This document shows, one piece after another, positions 24,587 through 33,291 of a stretch of 64,000 nt of DNA; within the stretch, counting starts at the first letter, position 1, and each line of letters begins with the position of its first letter. Below the pieces are notes generated by a model, which saw only the letters and a list, made by a program, of their open reading frames with translations, was not told the DNA's origin and did no database searches. Source of the stretch: Minisyncoccota bacterium (GTDB lineage Bacteria; Patescibacteriota; Minisyncoccia; Phycocordibacterales; CAJBRS01); assembly GCA_035652395.1 (NCBI GenBank), contig DASRDX010000013.1, forward strand, positions 3,255 to 67,254, in the 5' to 3' direction. Both the position numbers and the translations under genes were made by a program.

Positions 24587-24973
24587 ATGACTAAACCTAA
24601 GAAACGAGCCGACCAATTACAAGCAAAAGATAGAAGACTGAAAAGAAAATATGGAATTACTCTCGATGAAATGATAAAAATTTACAAATATCAAAAAGGT
24701 TTGTGTGCCATTTGTAAAAAACCATTAAGAGCCGTAATTCCAAGCTCTAAATCAGAAAATGGGTTGAGAATCGAAATAGACCATGACCACCGAAAAAAAT
24801 CGAAAGAGGCAGTGAGAGGATTGCTTTGCGGCGGAAGGTGGGCAGGCTGTAACAGGAAATTAGGGCGCATTGACCGACCTGATTGGCTCAGAGCGGTCAT
24901 TGCTTACTTAGAGAATCCGCCTGCACAAGCAGTATTAAATAGCGAGGCCAACGGAGATAAAAATGAAATTTGA
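24587..24973 (+). CDS. recombination endonuclease VII (Holliday-junction resolvase)
   Basis: YGITLDEM...QKGLCAIC...IDHDH...VRGLLC..CN..LG matches the T4 gp49 / Endonuclease_7 family. Confidence 0.8.
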   Translation: MTKPKKRADQLQAKDRRLKRKYGITLDEMIKIYKYQKGLCAICKKPLRAVIPSSKSENGLRIEIDHDHRKKSKEAVRGLLCGGRWAGCNRKLGRIDRPDWLRAVIAYLENPPAQAVLNSEANGDKNEI

Positions 24974-25685
24974 TTATTATACGTGGTTTAAGACTCACGA
25001 GCGTTTGGTCTTATTTTTAGTTATCGGCTTTTTTGTCGTGCATTTTTATAATAGAGGCTTAGATTATATGATAAGCCGAGACCGAACAGCGGCAGAGGCG
25101 GCTAAACAAAATGCCTTAGAAGCCTCCAATAAATTCAATCAAGATGACCAAAAAAATAAAGTTTTGTTGGCGCAATTAGACGTGCTGCGACAGCAATTCA
25201 TTACGCAACAAAAGCAATTAGACCAAATTAGACAACAACGCGCAGAACAAACTCAAAAACAAAAACAAATTAACGACCAAAGTGCCCCAACGGAATTAGC
25301 CGAGAGAATCCGGCAGTTGTTAGGTGTTGGAACTATAACAGTTCAAACCCAAGAATCACCACTGCCTGACACTTTGGTTTTCTCTTTGGATGCGGCTCAT
25401 GCCGATGCGGACATGCTAGAGGACATGCAGCAGCTTCGTGGGGATGTTAAAGATTTGAATACGGAATTAGTTAGTTGTAAGGCTTTAACGGACAAACAAG
25501 CGGACACTATAACGGGATTAAATGCTCAAATATTAAGCGGAAAAGAAGCGTTAACGGCAGAACAGAAGAGTCACGAAAAAGACGTAAAAGAACTGAAGGC
25601 CGAAAAAAGAAAGTCTTGGCTAAACGGATTTAAGTGGGGTAGTATAGCGGGATTTGTCGGTGGTTTGTTCGCGCACAAATTATAA
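24963..25685 (+). CDS. coiled-coil membrane protein
   Basis: N-terminal TM, long Q/K-rich coiled coil, C-terminal hydrophobic segment. Confidence 0.45.
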   Translation: MKFDYYTWFKTHERLVLFLVIGFFVVHFYNRGLDYMISRDRTAAEAAKQNALEASNKFNQDDQKNKVLLAQLDVLRQQFITQQKQLDQIRQQRAEQTQKQKQINDQSAPTELAERIRQLLGVGTITVQTQESPLPDTLVFSLDAAHADADMLEDMQQLRGDVKDLNTELVSCKALTDKQADTITGLNAQILSGKEALTAEQKSHEKDVKELKAEKRKSWLNGFKWGSIAGFVGGLFAHKL

Positions 25686-25694
25686 AAAAGAGGG

Positions 25695-26342
25695 TTGGGA
25701 ATGTTAATAATTGGTTTTGGGAATAAAGCCCGTCAGGGCAAGGATACCGCCGTCGCCGCAATTAAGCAATGGCACGATGCTCAGAATAGTTTGAGACAAA
25801 AACACGGAATAAAACACGTGACTAGGTGTGAAATAACTAGATTTGCGGAAGGCTTATATAAGGAAGTCAGCGATTGGTTAAAAACCGAGCAAGGCCAATT
25901 ATGGCTAGGCGGCAGCCGGGGCTTCACGGAAGGCCGAGAAATACCGTCCAATATTAGTCGGAGTCACGACAACGGAAAATATTCTCATCTTTTGCAATGG
26001 TGGGGAACCGAATTCAGGCGTTCTCAAAATCCGAATTATTGGGCGGATAAGACATTTGAAAACATTTCTAAAGATACGGATTTTTTGCTAATATCGGATG
26101 TTAGATTTTTGAACGAAGCCGAAGCAATAAAAAAGCGCGGAGGGTATTTGGTTAATGTACAAAGATATTATCCCGATGGCTCTTTGTTTGTGACCAAAGA
26201 CCGTGACCCCAAACATATTTCAGAAACAGAGTTGGATGATTATAATTGGGATTTTTATTTGCGAATACCGGACGGCCACGCCGCATTAACTTCGGAGTTT
26301 GCCATAACCCTTTTCGAGTATTTGAGGAAATTGCATGAGTAA
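25695..26342 (+). CDS. deoxynucleoside monophosphate kinase-like (P-loop)
   Basis: IGFGNKARQGKDT P-loop and LISDVRFLNEAEAIKKRGG resemble T4 Dnk. Confidence 0.55.
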   Translation: MGMLIIGFGNKARQGKDTAVAAIKQWHDAQNSLRQKHGIKHVTRCEITRFAEGLYKEVSDWLKTEQGQLWLGGSRGFTEGREIPSNISRSHDNGKYSHLLQWWGTEFRRSQNPNYWADKTFENISKDTDFLLISDVRFLNEAEAIKKRGGYLVNVQRYYPDGSLFVTKDRDPKHISETELDDYNWDFYLRIPDGHAALTSEFAITLFEYLRKLHE

Positions 26343-26499
26343 ACAAACGTCTTTAGACGGAATGATTAAATGTGCGAACGGTCACGTTTGGGAAGTTAAA
26401 GTTTTGAATCCTAAAAGAATTACCGTTTTGTGTCCCGTATGCGGAACGCGCACGGCAATTAAAGATGGAGTATATTCGGTAACGGGAACTAAAAAATGA
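26335..26499 (+). CDS. small zinc-ribbon protein
   Basis: 54-aa ORF with CANGH...CPVCG, absent from the supplied track; start overlaps the previous stop. Confidence 0.35.
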   Translation: MSKQTSLDGMIKCANGHVWEVKVLNPKRITVLCPVCGTRTAIKDGVYSVTGTKK

Positions 26500-27050
26500 A
26501 TAATCTTGAAAAAGCTTACATAATAACTTATGTGGGTAGGCAGTTCTTTCTTTTGAAGCCAAATATAGAAGATATAAATATTTTAGACATTGGGCACTCT
26601 TTAGCCATGCAATGTCGTTGGACGGGGCACACGAAATATCATTATAGTATAGCGCAACACAGTTGGTATTGCAGTTACATAGGTTCCGAAGAAGAGGCTT
26701 TGTACAGATTGTTGCACGATGCTTCTGAGGCATATCTTGGGGATATGAACAGACCTTTAAAGCATTTTACGGAAGCGGGAGATGCGTATAGAGAAGTTGA
26801 AAAACCCCTTCAAAGTATGATATATAAAAAATTTGGGCTAGAAGAGACCGAACCCGAATCAGTTAAAATAGCTGATAACATGATGTTATATGCTGAGAAA
26901 GCCCAATTATTAAATACGAAGTGCCCGGAGGCTGAGATTTGGCTTCCCGGCGAAATATCGGCAGATGTTTGTATTCATAAGTGGTTACCCGAACAGGCCG
27001 AAGAAAAATTTTTGCAGCGTTTTTACGAACTATATACAAAGGAGAAATAA
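26496..27050 (+). CDS. HD-domain phosphohydrolase (YfbR-like 5'-deoxynucleotidase)
   Basis: H...HS...LLHDASEAYLGD motif set. Confidence 0.6.
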   Translation: MNNLEKAYIITYVGRQFFLLKPNIEDINILDIGHSLAMQCRWTGHTKYHYSIAQHSWYCSYIGSEEEALYRLLHDASEAYLGDMNRPLKHFTEAGDAYREVEKPLQSMIYKKFGLEETEPESVKIADNMMLYAEKAQLLNTKCPEAEIWLPGEISADVCIHKWLPEQAEEKFLQRFYELYTKEK

Positions 27051-27391
27051 TGATTACTAAAATTACTTTTGTCACGATAAAATGCGATGGTCCCGACTGC
27101 GAAAGAGAAGCAACATTTCAAGCCGACCAAGAATCTGAGAAGGACGCAACGCGGCAAAATCCTTGGATAGCCGCAGTGCGAAATGTTGGTACTTTGGATA
27201 ATCGTACCTTTACCTACTGTTCCGATGAATGTGAGATAAAGGGAGCGGCGGAAGGAAGGCACAATAAAGAAGAACGGAGAGTAATTTCAGCCGCATCTCC
27301 CCAACAAATTGATTTAGCCGCTAAGGCAGCGGAAGCGGCAAGGAAAGCAAACAAGGCGTTGCATGATGGGGCGTCTGTAACTTTAGGTTAA
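27050..27391 (+). CDS. hypothetical Cys-containing protein
   Basis: start ATGA overlaps the preceding stop; CDGPDCE...CSDEC. Confidence 0.4.
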   Translation: MITKITFVTIKCDGPDCEREATFQADQESEKDATRQNPWIAAVRNVGTLDNRTFTYCSDECEIKGAAEGRHNKEERRVISAASPQQIDLAAKAAEAARKANKALHDGASVTLG

Positions 27392-27397
27392 AAAATA

Positions 27398-27646
27398 ATG
27401 GCAAATGTTGAAGAATTTACCAAACGGTGCGCGGAAAATGGAATTGAGGCTCGCGTACAATTTTTTCCGAATCCTGGAAACCCTATGCAGGCTCTGCAAA
27501 TTTTTTCTTTGAAAAACTATAACAAAACAATTGTTACTGTTACTCAAAGAAATAAAAAGTTTCAAAAAATTATTATTCCTGAAGGTGGAACCGCAGAAAT
27601 AATGATTACGCCAGACGAAGAAATACCCGAAATCATAAAAGGATAA
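27398..27646 (+). CDS. hypothetical protein
   Basis: 82-aa ORF. Confidence 0.4.
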   Translation: MANVEEFTKRCAENGIEARVQFFPNPGNPMQALQIFSLKNYNKTIVTVTQRNKKFQKIIIPEGGTAEIMITPDEEIPEIIKG

Positions 27647-27653
27647 AACTAAA

Positions 27654-27992
27654 GTGGACTACCTAATCGAGTTTGAGGCACATATTGATGAGCGAAAAAG
27701 ACCCGACGGTTTCCCGCACTCGGTATTCGTCAGGGAAACATATCCTGAAATTTCTTCCGAACAGGAACTGAAAGAAATTTTTAATTCCCGATTTAAGAAT
27801 CTTGTTATGAATCCCGGCCTAGTTGTCTTTCGAGACGATTCTATAATAGATAAAAACGATTATGGCCAAAGAATGTATGTTCCGTGGCATATGATAACCC
27901 ATCTTCATGGTAGAATTAGTCCGATTACTTCTACGAAATCAGAGTTTATAGACCCTGATTTAGAGATGAAAAAGAATGGTGTAGTCACATGA
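27654..27992 (+). CDS. hypothetical protein
   Basis: 112-aa ORF. Confidence 0.4.
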   Translation: MDYLIEFEAHIDERKRPDGFPHSVFVRETYPEISSEQELKEIFNSRFKNLVMNPGLVVFRDDSIIDKNDYGQRMYVPWHMITHLHGRISPITSTKSEFIDPDLEMKKNGVVT

Positions 27993-28702
27993 TATTGTGT
28001 TCATTGGATTTTGAGACGACTGGAACGGAGCCTTTGAGAGACGAACCAACGGAATTTGGAGGCGTATTATATAGTACTAAACAACATAGGTGTTTAGATA
28101 GTTTAGGCGTACTACTTAAAACAGAGGTGCCGATTTCATCAGAGATTACGGAGAAGACGGGAATCACAAAACAGGCATTGAATAGGTTCGGATACGTTCC
28201 AAGTGAGATTCTTCCAACAATAGTAGAAATGATAGAATCGGCAGACGCGGTTATTGGATATAACTGCCGAAGATTCGACCAAAAAGTTCTTATTGAATGG
28301 GCAAAACGAGAAAATGTAGAAATCCCAAACAAACCTTGGATTGATTTGTATTATGATTTACCGTATAATGTACCCGTGGGTAAGCTTAGTCACGTCATGG
28401 CCGACCACGGTTTTCTTAATTATTTTCCTCACAGCGCGTTATCCGATGCTATGGGGGTACTTTTGATAGCAAGTAAGTACGATTCTAATTTATTGCTGCA
28501 ACGGTCGCAATCACCAACGGTAATTATTAGGAGTTTAGTGGATAGAAGTCAAAACGACCTAGTAAAACAGGCAAAATTCAGGTGGAATCCATCATTTAAG
28601 ATTTGGTGGAAGGCCGTTAAGGAACAGGATATAGAAGAGTTTACAAAATCTTTGCCATTCAAAACAGAATTGAGCAATTTGACACAGGAGGAACTAGAAT
28701 AG
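27989..28702 (+). CDS. DnaQ-like 3'-5' exonuclease (DEDDh)
   Basis: Exo I LDFETTG, Exo II GYNCRRFD, Exo III HSALSDAMG. Confidence 0.8.
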   Translation: MILCSLDFETTGTEPLRDEPTEFGGVLYSTKQHRCLDSLGVLLKTEVPISSEITEKTGITKQALNRFGYVPSEILPTIVEMIESADAVIGYNCRRFDQKVLIEWAKRENVEIPNKPWIDLYYDLPYNVPVGKLSHVMADHGFLNYFPHSALSDAMGVLLIASKYDSNLLLQRSQSPTVIIRSLVDRSQNDLVKQAKFRWNPSFKIWWKAVKEQDIEEFTKSLPFKTELSNLTQEELE

Positions 28703-29265
28703 TGACAAATAGTGGTGGTGATGTATTGGCTCGCGGAGGTATTTCGGCGCAATTCCGCGCATCGGAATCTACCGTTAGTCAAGAAAAATGGAATGAGGCT
28801 TTCGGAGACCAACTTTCTGCTTTTGAAGAAAGACTTAGGCAGAAGGCCATTGCCGAAGGCTTGACGGAAGAACAATTTAGAGAAATGAAACAGCAGGTTG
28901 ACCAACGTTTGCAGCAAGAAATAGAAGAGAAAAAACGTGAATCAAAAGAAGTGCAATTGAAGAATTTGAAGATTCGACCGATACAAGATAGGATTATCGT
29001 GTGTCGGGAGGAAATTCAAGAAAAAAGCGGCGATGTTTATCTGCCCGATGAGGCGAAAGAAAAGCCAGCCGAAGGAATCGTAATTGCGGTAGGACCCGGA
29101 CGATTTCTTGCAAATGGGGAGTTTGTCCCCACCAGCGTAAAAGTTGGAGAACGAGTCCTGTTCGGAAAATATTCAGGAGCGGAAGTAAGAGTTGGATTGG
29201 TTGATTTAACCGTCCTGAGAGAAGAAGATATATTTTTTGTAAAGGAGAAAGAAAACAATGAGTGA
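28702..29265 (+). CDS. GroES-like co-chaperonin fused to an N-terminal extension
   Basis: C-terminal 95 aa (IRPIQDRIIV...SGDVYLPDEAKEKPAEGIVIAVGPGRFLANGEFVP..VKVGERVLFGKYSGAEV) aligns with Cpn10. Confidence 0.75.
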   Translation: MTNSGGDVLARGGISAQFRASESTVSQEKWNEAFGDQLSAFEERLRQKAIAEGLTEEQFREMKQQVDQRLQQEIEEKKRESKEVQLKNLKIRPIQDRIIVCREEIQEKSGDVYLPDEAKEKPAEGIVIAVGPGRFLANGEFVPTSVKVGERVLFGKYSGAEVRVGLVDLTVLREEDIFFVKEKENNE

Positions 29266-29824
29266 ATTAATGTTTACTACCCGAAGCGGCGGAAATTTTG
29301 AGAAGCCGAAAACTGGGATGTATAACGCGGTGTTAGCAGATATTGTTGATTTGGGCGAAGTAACTACCGTTTATAATGGCCAAGCAAAAGTTCAGCCTAT
29401 GGTCAGGTTTGTTTGGATTTTGGATGCAAAAGGCAAAGACGGTCGGCCTTTGTTGGTCACGGCAAGATACTCAACTAATTTGCACGAGCGTTCTAATCTT
29501 TATAAGGCCGTGAAACAAATTTTGAACGCCCCGCCTCCGACCGTTCTTAATCCAGAAAGTTTAATTGGATTAACCCGTCGTTTATTTATCCAAACCGACG
29601 TTGTTATGGTTGGGCAAGAGCAGCGCGAATATGCTAATATTTTGGGCATTACCCCAGCAGACCCTGGTGTTGTTGTGAAAGTTCCGAGCGATTTTGTTCG
29701 AGACCGTAACAAGCCAGTGGCGGAACAGGCCAAGAACCGACGAAAAACTCAGAATCAGGCCGTCAATTCCGCGTCAGCGCCGCCCGTTTCGTCGTCGCAA
29801 GCAACCCCTGACGTTGTATTTTGA
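29258..29824 (+). CDS. hypothetical protein
   Basis: 188-aa ORF; no motif recognised. Confidence 0.4.
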   Translation: MSELMFTTRSGGNFEKPKTGMYNAVLADIVDLGEVTTVYNGQAKVQPMVRFVWILDAKGKDGRPLLVTARYSTNLHERSNLYKAVKQILNAPPPTVLNPESLIGLTRRLFIQTDVVMVGQEQREYANILGITPADPGVVVKVPSDFVRDRNKPVAEQAKNRRKTQNQAVNSASAPPVSSSQATPDVVF

Positions 29825-29940
29825 GAGTGAACAGGCCGCAGAAAGAAAATTCAAAAAATTTTTGCGGCTTGTTCTTTTTTTTTGTTGATAAAAAAGTAAA
29901 TGATGTACACAAATCTCGCAGTTCAAAAAGGAACACGACG

Positions 29941-30324
29941 ATGCGAGAACTCGTCAGAAATCCTGTTGTGATTGATTATGGAAGTTTAGAGGGTGTGCTG
30001 CCAGGCCCTAATTTATTTCCTTGCGACATTGACGGAATTTTGGAAGTTAGTGGAAATTTTCTTCTCATAGAAACTAAATTTCACGATGGTCCTTTGCCGA
30101 TTGGACAGAGATTATGGTTGGAGCGATTATCTAAATTACCCAATACGACAGTTTTAATTGTAGTTATAGAAGAAGTAAAAACATCAAAAAAAGGTTGTTA
30201 TTTTTTCCTCCCTAAAAAGTATATGAAAGTCGGCAGAGATTTAATGTATAAGAATATAAGTCTAGAAGAATTCAAAGCTTTATACAAAGATTGGTACTTT
30301 GCATCACGGAGAAACCCAAAATAA
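29941..30324 (+). CDS. hypothetical protein, possible PD-(D/E)XK fold
   Basis: start at MRELV (RBS AAAGGAA); CDIDGILE...LLIETK resembles a D..E.K nuclease core. Confidence 0.35.
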   Translation: MRELVRNPVVIDYGSLEGVLPGPNLFPCDIDGILEVSGNFLLIETKFHDGPLPIGQRLWLERLSKLPNTTVLIVVIEEVKTSKKGCYFFLPKKYMKVGRDLMYKNISLEEFKALYKDWYFASRRNPK

Positions 30325-30328
30325 AAAG

Positions 30329-32341
30329 ATGGGACTATTAAAAGAAATTGCGGCTCCTCTCATTTCGCGTGGTGTCCCTGTAATCCCTCTGCGGCCCAAA
30401 ACAAAAGTAGCTTTTCTGTCTAATTGGCAAGACTTGGCTACGACCGACGAAAAAATAATAGAGGAATGGGACCGTCAAGACGAAAATTACAATGCAGCGT
30501 GTGTTGCATTTGCTAAGATAGGAGGAGTGTGGTTCCTCGAAATAGACCAAGCAGGATTTGCCAAAAAAATCGAAGAACAAACAGGACAAAAGATACCTCC
30601 TACTTTTGCTGTTCGTAGCTCTCCCGGAAGAGGCCATTTTTATTTTCGGCAGACTCCTGCCAGCATACGACTAGGAAACGTCCAAGGAAAGGACGCTTCA
30701 GGAAAAGAATGTTGGTCAGCCAGAGTTGATAATCGTTATGTTGTAGCGCCGGGAAGCTATCATCCCACGTCGGGCGGACGTTATGAGATATTGCGAGACT
30801 CAGAGATATTAGAAGCCCCAAATTGGCTAGTAGAATGGTGCGCGAAATCTAGCAAAGAAGAAAAAATTAAAGTTGCCGCCGACAGCGACGAGATTTTTTT
30901 TGAGGGAAACCGAAATGTGGCATTAACTAGTATTCTGGGAAAAGCCAGACAAACCCTGAAAATGGGCTACGATGAGTTGTTTGCTTACGGAATGGCCGTA
31001 AATCAGCGTAAGTGTCGGCCTCCTCTATCAGAACAAGAAGTTAGGACAATAGCGAATTCCATAAGTAAATATGTTATAAAAGAATCGGGAAGTCTTGTTT
31101 TTCCTCCTGTTTCTGTGTCGGAGACGGAGCCTTTAGAGATACCTAGAATTCCATACCCAATGTTTCCGAGATGGGCTATGGAAGGCACTAGTATTTACGA
31201 GGGTTTTGTCAAGCCAATTTGTGATGCTAACAGCAGGTATCCAGAATTTATGTTTATTCCTGCTATGGTTATAGTATTAAATTATTTGGCTCTCAAGGTC
31301 AGAGTTGAAGACAAACAAATAATACCCAGTTTCTATACAATTAACATAGGAAGAAAAGGCCGAGTCATAAAGTCTAGCAGCGTATTGGACGCGATAGACT
31401 ATTTACAGTCGGCTGGAATTGTGGAGCACGGCGGCGCAGCGACTAGGAACGCTTCCGGTAAATCTTTAATTTGGACTCCTGGCTCTCCTGAAGGTTTGGG
31501 GTTGGAGATGTCTAGAACAAATAATAGAAATGCTGTAATGTTCTACGATGAATTGAGTAATCTAACGAATAAAGCCAGTATTGAAAGCAGCACTCTAGTT
31601 TCTAGTCTTCTTACTATGTATGAATCGGGTAAATTTTCCAATACCATTAAAAGTCGTAGAGAGAGTTACAGCTTCGAGCCTAGAACATACTGTGCATCGT
31701 TGATTGCCTGTACCACCGATAAAAATTTTCATTCTTTGTGGTCAAAAATGTCGGCGGGAAGCAGCGGATTAGATGAGCGGTTTTTCTTTCTATATCAACC
31801 TGAAATTTTGGTTGATTTAACTCCATATAAGTTTGTTAATACCGTACAGGCCGCGCAAAAGACGCGGCAGCTAATTGAAAGGGCTGTGCAGAAAGGATTG
31901 TATAAGATTGTTGACGATACTTTGTTTGAAATGAATATCAATCGTTTGGGAAATCGCGTTGAGAATCGAGCAGAGAAAATGTCCCTATTTTTTGCTGTGG
32001 ACTTAGGAAAAGACGAAATAGACGAAAGCTGCATGGAGCGGGCATTGGCTATAGCTAACTATGAGTTGGCAGTTAAGAAATATTTGGCTGCTTTTGAAAG
32101 TACCACCAAAGAAGGCGCGTTGCAGGGTGAAATCATTCAGATTTTGCAGCGCAACGGCGGAAAGCTTAATTTGCGTGATTTGGAGAGGGCTTTACGACCT
32201 TTGAAGCACGGCACATATTTATGGGACCGAGTTTATAAAGGGCTGCTCAATGCAGGATGGATTTGTGAATCTGGTTCAGGCGTAAAAGGCGACCCGAAAC
32301 AGGTTATATTGATGAGAATACCTCCAGAGGAAGACGAATGA
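30329..32341 (+). CDS. DNA primase/helicase (PrimPol-type N-terminus, PriCT/D5-like C-terminus)
   Basis: bifunctional primase-polymerase N-terminal region (VIPL..K.K...W, SSPGRGHFYF, RYVVAPGSYHPTSG) and a large C-terminal region. Confidence 0.6.
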   Translation: MGLLKEIAAPLISRGVPVIPLRPKTKVAFLSNWQDLATTDEKIIEEWDRQDENYNAACVAFAKIGGVWFLEIDQAGFAKKIEEQTGQKIPPTFAVRSSPGRGHFYFRQTPASIRLGNVQGKDASGKECWSARVDNRYVVAPGSYHPTSGGRYEILRDSEILEAPNWLVEWCAKSSKEEKIKVAADSDEIFFEGNRNVALTSILGKARQTLKMGYDELFAYGMAVNQRKCRPPLSEQEVRTIANSISKYVIKESGSLVFPPVSVSETEPLEIPRIPYPMFPRWAMEGTSIYEGFVKPICDANSRYPEFMFIPAMVIVLNYLALKVRVEDKQIIPSFYTINIGRKGRVIKSSSVLDAIDYLQSAGIVEHGGAATRNASGKSLIWTPGSPEGLGLEMSRTNNRNAVMFYDELSNLTNKASIESSTLVSSLLTMYESGKFSNTIKSRRESYSFEPRTYCASLIACTTDKNFHSLWSKMSAGSSGLDERFFFLYQPEILVDLTPYKFVNTVQAAQKTRQLIERAVQKGLYKIVDDTLFEMNINRLGNRVENRAEKMSLFFAVDLGKDEIDESCMERALAIANYELAVKKYLAAFESTTKEGALQGEIIQILQRNGGKLNLRDLERALRPLKHGTYLWDRVYKGLLNAGWICESGSGVKGDPKQVILMRIPPEEDE

Positions 32342-33000
32342 AGATTATAGAGCCTAATTTTTATCTACTTAATCCATATAGCGGGGAAAAATTAACTCCA
32401 GAAGACGGCATAAAATTGCTTTGGCACATAGAATCAATGGCTAGAATAAGTCATAGAAGCGAAAGTAAGCAAACACCGGAGTCTTGGCGCAGGTTCATTG
32501 AGGCTGTTGTAATAAGTCACGGGGATTGGTCTGTTACAGAACACGCATCTGTGACGGCGGTTATTAGGACAGATAGGGGAGTTACACACGAGTTAGTTCG
32601 CCATAGGCTATTTTCTTTTACACAAGAAAGTACTAGATTCGTTCGTTATGGCGAAATTGAATTTATTCGTCCCGTTGAATTGAATCAAACCACAGAAGTA
32701 GCTTGGCTTCGTTCTGTACAACAAGCGGAAGAAAATTATTTTGATATGCTTGAATGGGGGGCGAAACCGCAAACGGCTCGTGCCGTATTGCCTAATTCGA
32801 TGGCCGCAACAATTGCCGTAACAGGAAATTTGAGGAATTGGAGAAATTTTTTCTTGATGAGGACTTCCAAAGAAACGCATCCTGATTTTAGAAGAATATC
32901 CATATCAATGTTAGAGGAATTCAAGCGAATCATTCCGATATTGTATGACGATATTGTGCCAGAACAAAGACAGATAGACAATTTAAGGAAAGGGAAATAA
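32338..33000 (+). CDS. thyX: FAD-dependent thymidylate synthase
   Basis: ThyX signature ELVRHRLFSFTQESTRF (RHR...S.R). Confidence 0.85.
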   Translation: MKIIEPNFYLLNPYSGEKLTPEDGIKLLWHIESMARISHRSESKQTPESWRRFIEAVVISHGDWSVTEHASVTAVIRTDRGVTHELVRHRLFSFTQESTRFVRYGEIEFIRPVELNQTTEVAWLRSVQQAEENYFDMLEWGAKPQTARAVLPNSMAATIAVTGNLRNWRNFFLMRTSKETHPDFRRISISMLEEFKRIIPILYDDIVPEQRQIDNLRKGK

Positions 33001-33003
33001 AAA

Positions 33004-33285
33004 ATGTGTGAAATTTGCAATAACGAATCAGGCGGAATAGACGTAGGAGTTGCAAGTATTCCGGGCGTTCCTTGTTCTATTGAATGGTGCTCGGAATGTC
33101 TAAAGCAGAACGCGGCCCCTGTTTGGGTATTCGAGCATGATTTTATTTTCGTGGCCGAAGGAAATTTAGAAAATCTCGCGCCGTGGGCGCGAGAACGAGT
33201 TACGTGGTGCGATGGAAAATACGTTCCTTTCTCAAGAAAGGGTATCAGAAGAATTAAGCAAGTACGAAAAATATATGCGGGGTGA
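33004..33285 (+). CDS. hypothetical Cys-cluster protein
   Basis: MCEICNNE...CSIEWCSEC. Confidence 0.4.
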   Translation: MCEICNNESGGIDVGVASIPGVPCSIEWCSECLKQNAAPVWVFEHDFIFVAEGNLENLAPWARERVTWCDGKYVPFSRKGIRRIKQVRKIYAG

Positions 33286-33291
33286 GACTGC

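Noticed and set aside
26353-26733. Minus-strand ORF (126 aa)
   Set aside because: It is antisense to the HD-hydrolase gene, which has clear motifs; it has no RBS.
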